Below are positions 38,544-45,701 of a stretch of DNA of 45,701 bases, piece by piece. How positions within the stretch are numbered: the stretch's first letter is position 1; each line of letters opens with the position of its first letter. The position numbers and the translations under genes were made by a program. The stretch comes from Candidatus Aenigmarchaeota archaeon LH_S6 (GTDB lineage: Archaea; Aenigmatarchaeota; Aenigmatarchaeia; QMZS01): contig JAGXOK010000004.1 of the NCBI GenBank assembly GCA_023659935.1, positions 1 to 45,701 of the forward strand. Direction: 5' to 3'. The notes under the pieces are model-generated. The model worked only from the letters and a program-made list of their open reading frames with translations, was not told the DNA's origin and searched no databases.

Positions 38544-41158
38544 AAGAAGTTAAACAAACATATTTTAGAGATATAGTTGAACCGTATGAACTTTTAGAAC
38601 CAGATGGAAGAAGACCGAGCCCAACTTACCTAGCAAATAAATTGAGAAAAGCTGTTGATGAATGGCGGAAGAAAGATTATCCCAAAGTAACTGACACTAC
38701 CAGACGCCTATTACAATATTGGTTTTATGACGATTTTTTGGTAAACGATGAGCCATTTCATTTCTGGTTCTGTCAAAGGGAAGCAATCGAGACACTTATT
38801 TATGTTTATGAGGTAATGAAAAAAAGGAATTTCATAGATATGGCAAGAGATTTTGGAGCAGGGCCGATAAGAGGATATGATCCCTCTTATGATCAATATC
38901 CTCTTTATGCCTTTAAAATGGCTACTGGTTCGGGTAAAACATTTGTTATGGCTTTAACTATAGTTTGGTCATACCTTAACTGGTTAAAGGAGAATAAACA
39001 CGATTACACATCCAAATTCTTAATAATCGCAGGGGAGAAAAATGTAATCTATGAGAGGCTAACAAGAGATTTTAAGGACGGTGAAATATTCAAAAAATGG
39101 AAATTTATACCGCCTGAGTGGAAAGAAGATTTTAACATTAGGGTAATCCTGAAAGAGGATCCTATTCATACTATTCCAGAAGAGGTAATATTCTTAACCA
39201 ATATTCAGCAGTTAGAGGAACGAAAAAAGAAGAAAGAAGAAGTAGAAGAATATGTAGATGATGTTCTGGCGCTTGAAGATGTTAAAAAACATGATATTTA
39301 CCAGGAGAGCAGGATAAAAGAGGTATTAAGTTCCTGCCCCAATATAATGATATTGAAGGATGAAGCACACCATATATACAGTTTTGAGAAAGAAAGGAAG
39401 AGGATACTTCTAAACCTCCATAAAACTCTTGAAAATGATTATGGCAGGGGTTTTAATATGGAGTTGGATTTTTCCGCTACGCCAAAAACAAAGAAAGGAG
39501 CTTTCTTTCCTTGGTGTATTGTGGATTTTTCTCTTAAAGAAGCCATTAAGATGAACATTGTAAAGCGACCATTGAAAGGTAATGTTAAAGGTGCTGAAGA
39601 GATTGCCTCAAAGAAAGCACATGAACGATATAGAGGATGGATTGATGCAGGGATAAGAAGATGGCGAGAGTATAAGAAAGCATTAAAGCAATTGGAGAAG
39701 AGACCTATTTTATTTATCCAATGCCCAAAGAATCCAGAGGCTGATGATGTTTATGACTATGTTAATACAGAGCCAGATCTGAAGGATAGAGTATTATTAA
39801 TTCATACAGATAGCACTGGAAATATAAAGAAAAAAGATTTAGAACCTGCTAGAAGAGCAGCTAAATATATAGATTATCCAGAGAAGATAAAGCAAGATCC
39901 CAAATTAAAAGATAGATTTCCAAAAGGTATTGATGCTATTGTGAGTACAATGATGCTGAACGAAGGTTGGGATATTAACAATGTAAATGTGATAGTGGGG
40001 TTACGGTCATATGGTTCTGAAAGAAAAGTGCTTCCAGAGCAAGTTATTGGCCGTGGTTTAAGGAAAATGTTCCCAGATGAATACGCAAATCCAGATAAAC
40101 ATATTAATGTTCTTGAGGTCATAGGACCGCCTGCTTTGACAGAGATTCTCGATGAGTTAAGAACTCAGGAAGGAATTAAGTTTTGTGAGTTTGATATAGA
40201 TAAGCCTCTTGATCTAACTACAATATTTGTCGATGAGGATAAATTAGACAACGACATTGAGATACCTGTATTGAGCCAGAGAATTATTATCAGGGAATTT
40301 AATTTAGATATTGAAGCAGTTGAGTCACTTCCTCCATTGAACATTGAATTAGAAAACAAAATCTTGGATAAGGAATACATCGGTACGGATATGCTCAAAG
40401 ATATGGAAGTTGTACATAGAAAATGGGATTTGCCTGTTCTTAAAGACCCAAAAGCTGTGATCTCATACTATACAGATAAAATCCTTAAACAACTAAAAAT
40501 CACTGGTGCATTTGCTAGTTTCCATCCTTTGGTAAAAAAATATGTTGAAGAAAAATTGTTCACTCGAAAAATAGATCTCAACGATCCAAAAGACGGCTAT
40601 CGGGCATTGTATCAATTGAGTTCACCAGAGGTTCAACAAAAATTGATTAATTTATTTGTAGAGTCATTTAAGGACATGACATTTACTGAGAGAGAACCAC
40701 AAAAGGAAGATACAATAAAACTATCTGATACCAGCCCATTTGTTTGGTCAAAACTCGTATATCCAGCTAATAGAACTATTTTTAATTATGTTCCATGTGA
40801 TAACGAATATGAGATAGAGTTTTCAAAATTTTTAGAGGGTGCAGATGATGTAAAAGCTTTTAGCAAGCTCGTTCCTAAAATGAAGTTTTATATAGAATAT
40901 AGGGATACAAAAGACAATCTGAAATTGTATTATCCAGACTTCCTAATATTAACCACTAACGAAGAGCATATAATTGTTGAGACAAAAGGAAGAGTAGATG
41001 TTGATGTAGAACACAAAGATAATAGAGCCAAACAATGGTGTAAAGATGTTAATCAATTAACTAAAGATAAATGGTCTTATTTAAGAGTCAATCAAGAAGA
41101 ATTTGAGAAATATAGGTTTAGAAGCGTTAAGGAATTGATTTCAACTTTGAAAAATTAA
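38540..41158 (+). CDS. res: Type III R-M restriction subunit (Res): SF2 helicase plus PD-(D/E)xK nuclease
   Basis: MATGSGKT, DEAHH, SATP, EGWD, QVIGRGLR, YPDF...VETKG. Confidence 0.9.
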   Translation: MKEVKQTYFRDIVEPYELLEPDGRRPSPTYLANKLRKAVDEWRKKDYPKVTDTTRRLLQYWFYDDFLVNDEPFHFWFCQREAIETLIYVYEVMKKRNFIDMARDFGAGPIRGYDPSYDQYPLYAFKMATGSGKTFVMALTIVWSYLNWLKENKHDYTSKFLIIAGEKNVIYERLTRDFKDGEIFKKWKFIPPEWKEDFNIRVILKEDPIHTIPEEVIFLTNIQQLEERKKKKEEVEEYVDDVLALEDVKKHDIYQESRIKEVLSSCPNIMILKDEAHHIYSFEKERKRILLNLHKTLENDYGRGFNMELDFSATPKTKKGAFFPWCIVDFSLKEAIKMNIVKRPLKGNVKGAEEIASKKAHERYRGWIDAGIRRWREYKKALKQLEKRPILFIQCPKNPEADDVYDYVNTEPDLKDRVLLIHTDSTGNIKKKDLEPARRAAKYIDYPEKIKQDPKLKDRFPKGIDAIVSTMMLNEGWDINNVNVIVGLRSYGSERKVLPEQVIGRGLRKMFPDEYANPDKHINVLEVIGPPALTEILDELRTQEGIKFCEFDIDKPLDLTTIFVDEDKLDNDIEIPVLSQRIIIREFNLDIEAVESLPPLNIELENKILDKEYIGTDMLKDMEVVHRKWDLPVLKDPKAVISYYTDKILKQLKITGAFASFHPLVKKYVEEKLFTRKIDLNDPKDGYRALYQLSSPEVQQKLINLFVESFKDMTFTEREPQKEDTIKLSDTSPFVWSKLVYPANRTIFNYVPCDNEYEIEFSKFLEGADDVKAFSKLVPKMKFYIEYRDTKDNLKLYYPDFLILTTNEEHIIVETKGRVDVDVEHKDNRAKQWCKDVNQLTKDKWSYLRVNQEEFEKYRFRSVKELISTLKN

Positions 41159-41248
41159 AAAGAACGGCGGTCTCCGTATGGCCATACACACAGGGAAGAT
41201 ATCCCATATAACAAATCAATCAAATTAATATAAATGAAAAAATACATT

Positions 41249-41359
41249 ATGGAAATTAAAAAACTAAAACTTCCTTTTGGAATCTTTGAGAATAGGGAGT
41301 TAATACAAAAATTGGGTTTTTGGTGGAATCCAGTTGAGTTTAAGTTGAAAAGGGTGTAA
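41249..41359 (+). pseudogene. 5' stub of nop5
   Basis: 41266-41313 matches 43446-43493 at 42/48 nt; KLPFGIFENRELIQK vs KLPFGILESRKLIQK. Confidence 0.75.
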
Positions 41360-41363
41360 TCAT

Positions 41364-42959
41364 ATGTCAGAGTTGGACTTGGAAGAATTTGCCAATGTTG
41401 CGGATAGAATATATAAAAAGGCGTTGGAAGAAGGCCGATTGGCTGAAAATCCATCCAGAAGAGAGTTAAAAGATATGGTCAAAAAACAGCCAGGAGTTGT
41501 CAAGACAATACACAGGAATTTTGTGGCGGAAAGCGACCCAACTTCTAGAGCGGCTAAATTTACAAAAAATAGCAAAGATCACCTTTTTGGAGAGGAAGAG
41601 ACGAAGCTCCTGGAGCAGTGTGAAGATTACCTTAGCAAAGAAAATCTTATCGCCATTGACAGAGTCGTAGGAAATAAAAGTAGTGACACAACTGTGAGAT
41701 TAATTGTACCCCAGAGTTTTGCTCACCTTGCCTATGGAGGGGGTAACCTCTTCCATGTGAGAAGACAGAAAATTGAGGAACCGGATTATCAGATAATCTT
41801 CTTCTTTGATGAGGCTTTTGAAGAGAATAAATCCAAACCCCTCCCAGAGAAAGATATTACAATAAGACTGGCAATTCTGGAAGACGGTAGGGTAATCAAA
41901 ATAGTCAGGAATAGTAATTACATAGGAGAGTACAAAAAAGGAGTTTTTGTTGCTGAGGATTGGAGAGCCAAAGTCAAGAAAGGAGGCTTATTCCTCCATG
42001 GTGGCTGCCGTGAAGACTATCTTCAGTCAGTACATGGTGATTACAGAAAAGTTCGAACTCTGCTGATGGCTCTCTCCGCCAATGGAAAAACAATTCTGAC
42101 CTCCAAGATCCTGGCTAGAAAGCAGGGAGAAAAATCATGGCTCATTCAGGATGATGGTGGTACTCTCTATCCTGATGGTTCATTTTATGGCTTTGAGGCA
42201 GGGGGGACATTCGTAAAAACAGAGGGTGTTAACCCCAGAGACCACATGGAGATCTATTACGGTCTAATGAAACCCGAAACTTTATGTGAAAACGTTTATG
42301 TAACAGAAGAAGGGGATTTTGACCTCTATAATTTTGAGAAGACCTCCAACGGTAGGGCAGTCATCCAGAGAAGAGACTTCATGCATGCCAGCGACCACGT
42401 TGATGTGGACAGAGTAGATAACCTCATCTTGATAACAAGGGGACCAATAATTCCTGCTATATCTAAACTGACTCTGGAACAGGCTGCTGCTCTGATGGTA
42501 GTTGGACAGGCGATGGAATCCTCTGCAGGAGATCCAACTCAAGCAGGTAAGATCAGAAGTGTTTTCTTCTACGACCCATTCGTTGCCGGTGATAGAGCTT
42601 ACCACGCCAACAGATTTTATGAAATATTGAAGGGAATCCCCAATGTCAACTTTTACTTGCTCAACACCGGTGGTATAGGTGAGGGTCATTCCTATCAGGA
42701 TATAAAGCTGAAGCAGACCGTTTCTATTCTGGACTCCTTACTAAGAAGGGGTCTTGAAGAGTGGATAGATTCACCAACTGGTTTTAAGGTACCCAAAGCA
42801 GTTAGATATGTAGATGACGTTTTCTTACACCCGGAGAAGCTCTATTCCAAATCTGAATTTAAAGAGAAAAACGAAGAGATAAAAAGAATTAGACAAGAAG
42901 CCCTCGAAAAAGTTGGTGAAGGCTTGCATCCAGATATTAAGAACGTATTCCAGGACTAA
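41364..42959 (+). CDS. Phosphoenolpyruvate carboxykinase (ATP-type family)
   Basis: YIGEYKK, LHGG, LSANGKT P-loop, QDD, GFE.G.F.KT, NGRA, YLLNTG. Confidence 0.85.
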   Translation: MSELDLEEFANVADRIYKKALEEGRLAENPSRRELKDMVKKQPGVVKTIHRNFVAESDPTSRAAKFTKNSKDHLFGEEETKLLEQCEDYLSKENLIAIDRVVGNKSSDTTVRLIVPQSFAHLAYGGGNLFHVRRQKIEEPDYQIIFFFDEAFEENKSKPLPEKDITIRLAILEDGRVIKIVRNSNYIGEYKKGVFVAEDWRAKVKKGGLFLHGGCREDYLQSVHGDYRKVRTLLMALSANGKTILTSKILARKQGEKSWLIQDDGGTLYPDGSFYGFEAGGTFVKTEGVNPRDHMEIYYGLMKPETLCENVYVTEEGDFDLYNFEKTSNGRAVIQRRDFMHASDHVDVDRVDNLILITRGPIIPAISKLTLEQAAALMVVGQAMESSAGDPTQAGKIRSVFFYDPFVAGDRAYHANRFYEILKGIPNVNFYLLNTGGIGEGHSYQDIKLKQTVSILDSLLRRGLEEWIDSPTGFKVPKAVRYVDDVFLHPEKLYSKSEFKEKNEEIKRIRQEALEKVGEGLHPDIKNVFQD

Positions 42960-43431
42960 CCATAAATTAATCTTTATTTTTGTTATTTTTATCTTAGCTA
43001 AGTTTGTTAAGATGCAATATTCTGATCATCGGAATCACAAAGTGATTTTCAGAAATGTGATTAGATGCAGTCAGATTAATCCAATTAAGTAGATGATCTA
43101 ACAGGCGTGGGGTTCATTTCCTTCAACTTATTCAACAGGAACTTCTCACCTGTTCTTGTTAATCTATATCTAAGGAAAAATATAAGTAAAGAAATACAAC
43201 TATGTCTTAAAATTTAACAGTGGAAGGAATTACCAATTTCCATAAAACAACCAACCATAGCTGAGAGAGAAGAAAATAATTTAGTAATAGGTAGATCTCA
43301 AGAATGACTGATTTTTAAGGAATTGAAAACAACGTTACAAAAAATTTAATTTTAGAAATAGTTCTGAAAGTGACGAGCAAAAAAGTTTTCCCTCTTTTAT
43401 AAACCCCTCTAAAAATCTCCATTATAGAATT

Positions 43432-44187
43432 ATGATTAGAAAAACAAAACTTCCTTTTGGAATTCTTGAAAGCAGGAAGTTAATACAAAAATTCTCAGAG
43501 AACCCTAAAATAGCAGCAAAGCAATTTTTAGAAAGTGAAACTGAGATAGTAATTCTTAAAGAAGATTTAGAAAAATTATTTCCATATAAAAATTTCCAGA
43601 AGTGGATAAGCGAATTTGGAATTGCCCTAACAAAATTGAAATTGAAAAGCGTGGAGAGAAACGAAGAAAAACTTATTTTAGCTTCAAGGACTCTCGATGA
43701 ATTAACTTATAACATAAATGTTCTGAGAAATAGGGAAAAAATTCTGTCAAAATATGGGGTTTATAAACCAACAATTGAAAATACAGAGAAACTAAAAGAT
43801 AAATTGGAAAATGAGGTTAAAGAAGAAGTTAAAAAAATTGCACCAAATTTATCTACCCTTTTGGGTCCTATCCTTGCTGCAAATCTAATTGCCAAAGCAA
43901 GGGGATTAAAAAACCTATCAAAAATGCCTTCCTCAAAAATCCAGATTATAGGGGCAGAAAAATCTTTATTTAAAAATCTTGAAGAAAAGCAGAAAATCCC
44001 AAAGTATGGAATGATTTTCAAATCTGATTTTATTCAGGAGGCAAAAAAAGAAAGTAGAGGTAAAGTTGCCAGACTTCTTTCTGCAAAAATAATGGTTGCC
44101 TCAAGACTAGATTATTTCTCTGATGAAGACAAAAGTGAGGAAATCAGAGAAGAATTAATTAAGGAACTTGAGAAAATTAATAAGTGA
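43432..44187 (+). CDS. nop5: C/D box sRNP protein Nop5 (Nop56/58), compact
   Basis: APNLS.LLGP.LAA.LI..A.GL..L..MPSS.IQ..GAEK.LF, PKYG, RGKVAR.LSAKI..A.R.DYFS. Confidence 0.92.
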   Translation: MIRKTKLPFGILESRKLIQKFSENPKIAAKQFLESETEIVILKEDLEKLFPYKNFQKWISEFGIALTKLKLKSVERNEEKLILASRTLDELTYNINVLRNREKILSKYGVYKPTIENTEKLKDKLENEVKEEVKKIAPNLSTLLGPILAANLIAKARGLKNLSKMPSSKIQIIGAEKSLFKNLEEKQKIPKYGMIFKSDFIQEAKKESRGKVARLLSAKIMVASRLDYFSDEDKSEEIREELIKELEKINK

Positions 44188-44210
44188 TTTGTTTTTGTAA
44201 ATTATAAATT

Positions 44211-45350
44211 ATGCTCCTCCTAACTTCAGATTTTCACTTAGGCTATGGTTATAATACAGAGAGAGAAAAAGACTGTTTTTCTGTTCTAAGTGAAATTTTA
44301 AAAGAGCAAAATGATTTAATCCTTTTTGCTGGAGATTTATTTGATTCAAGAGTTCCAAGACTGGAAGTTCTAGCAGAAGCGATGCATTTTCTCTCAAAAT
44401 TGAAGGATAAGAAAAGTGAAATTAAATTTATTGAGTGCGACAAGGAAGTTAATATGAGATCTCTGCAAGGAGTTCCTTTTATCTCAATTTATGGGAACCA
44501 CGAGAGAAGGGCAAACCTGATAAATCCGATTCAGAGCCTTGAAAACGCTGGTTTGCTGATTAATCTCCACTGCCAGAAAATTGTTTTTGAACTAAAAGGA
44601 GAGAAAATAGCTATTCATGGAATGAGTTATGTTCCAGAGAAATATTCAAAAGATGTTTTGGAGGAATGGGCTCCGAAGCCTGTTCTAAATGCTAAGAATA
44701 TTCTCTTACTACATCAGAATATTGAGCCTTTTGTTTATTCTCCTCTCGAGGATGTTAACTTGAAAATTTCTGATTTGCCAAGCGGTTTTGACATTATTCT
44801 GGATGGTCATATTCACTGGAAAAATGAGGTTCCTTTGAAAAATGGAAAATTACTAATGGCTGGAAGCACAATTCCTACACAGTTGAACAAAAAAGAGTCT
44901 GAAGTTAGAAAAGGTTATTTTACTTTAAACAAAGAATTAAAATATAGGGAGATAGAACAGAGAGATTTTTATTTTAAATCAGTTGAGACAAAAAAAGAGA
45001 TAGAGGAATTCCTTGAGAACCTTCCAGAGAGAAAATTAAAACCAATCATCAAAATAAAAATAAAAAATACAAGCCATTTAGATTTGAATATAATTGAAAG
45101 AAAATACAGGGAAAAAGGAATTCTGATTTTTAAAAAAGAAATAGAGAAAAACTTTGAGAAACAGAAAACAGAGATTTTTAGAAAACAACTGAGTGCTGAA
45201 GAATACGGGCTGAAATTGCTAAAGGAGAAAAGCAAATTTATGGATTCAGAAGAACTTTTAAATTTGACTATTGAAGATAATACAAAAGGTGTTGAGAGAC
45301 TTTTGAGGAAGAATTTTGAAAAATCAGAAAAGGAAAAACAATTTAGTTAA
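44211..45350 (+). CDS. mre11: Mre11/SbcD-family DNA repair nuclease
   Basis: SDFHLG, AGDLFD, GNHE, LLHQ, GHIH metallophosphoesterase motifs. Confidence 0.88.
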   Translation: MLLLTSDFHLGYGYNTEREKDCFSVLSEILKEQNDLILFAGDLFDSRVPRLEVLAEAMHFLSKLKDKKSEIKFIECDKEVNMRSLQGVPFISIYGNHERRANLINPIQSLENAGLLINLHCQKIVFELKGEKIAIHGMSYVPEKYSKDVLEEWAPKPVLNAKNILLLHQNIEPFVYSPLEDVNLKISDLPSGFDIILDGHIHWKNEVPLKNGKLLMAGSTIPTQLNKKESEVRKGYFTLNKELKYREIEQRDFYFKSVETKKEIEEFLENLPERKLKPIIKIKIKNTSHLDLNIIERKYREKGILIFKKEIEKNFEKQKTEIFRKQLSAEEYGLKLLKEKSKFMDSEELLNLTIEDNTKGVERLLRKNFEKSEKEKQFS

Positions 45351-45388
45351 AGTTTATTATTAATTAACAATATGGTTTATATAGTTCT

Positions 45389-45701
45389 TTGATAAATGTT
45401 GGAAGAGACCTTTATGCTTCAGTAATAGGTGGTTTCTCAATTAGAATTGGATTGAAGGAGGATCTAGATGAAAATTGCTTATATGCTGAAGCTGGTATTA
45501 ACTTTAAATATTTGGAAAAGGTGGGAATCAATCCTTACGAAAAATGTGTTGTAGTATATAACAGAAAGGAAATACCTTTTGAAATATCTCCTATAGATGA
45601 AGAGTCTCGTTTATCTAAAAATGGAGAAGTTGTTTTACCAGAACTATGTGACATCCTCCACCACCAAATTGATTTTTGGAAGTGGCTTCCAACGATGAAA
45701 T
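45389..45701 (+). CDS. Hypothetical protein, 3' truncated by the window edge; start uncertain
   Basis: Stop-free frame from about 45368 to the end (LINVGRDLYASVIGGFSIRIG...), with a TTG at 45389. Confidence 0.4.
   Translation, partial: MINVGRDLYASVIGGFSIRIGLKEDLDENCLYAEAGINFKYLEKVGINPYEKCVVVYNRKEIPFEISPIDEESRLSKNGEVVLPELCDILHHQIDFWKWLPTMK

Noticed and set aside
43086-43175. Minus-strand fragment LRYRLTRTGEKFLLNKLKE resembling a winged-helix C-terminus
   Set aside because: Too short and lacks a start; may be a remnant but cannot be supported.
278-45235. Numerous short antisense or alternate-frame ORFs in the ORF track (e.g. 278-544, 5500-5853, 19101-19433, 42282-42689)
   Set aside because: They overlap well-supported genes and have shadow-ORF composition with no motifs.
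45351-45701. Expected rad50 downstream of mre11
   Set aside because: The open frame there has no Walker A motif or Rad50 N-terminus.

Overview
AT-rich archaeal chromosome segment. The housekeeping genes (rpl15e, Spt4, Bud32, fibrillarin, Nop5, aIF6, SBDS, Dph5, Pth2, histone, Mre11) are compact and divergent, which suggests a DPANN-type archaeon (inference, not a database result). Layout: (1) 1-4850, a plastic toxin-antitoxin region with two acylphosphatase-coiled-coil paralogs (one broken by a nonsense codon), a DUF5678-like/aspartic protease pair, an MNT-HEPN pair and several gene stubs; (2) 4859-18624, a ~4,220-aa LamG/DUF2341/Ig surface protein with nested domain insertions, followed by a small paralog of its membrane anchor; (3) housekeeping genes and a two-intron tRNA-Glu; (4) 22910-30822, a defence island beside an intron-containing tRNA-Asn, with a Type I R-M system whose HsdM is fused in frame to an apparently intact RNase HI domain, and a RadC carrying an extra N-terminal HhH/glycosylase-like domain; (5) housekeeping genes, with a Type III R-M system and PEPCK lying between fibrillarin and nop5. 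The strongest novelty candidate is the HsdM-RNase H / HhH-RadC island. All calls come from motif recognition by eye; no searches were run.
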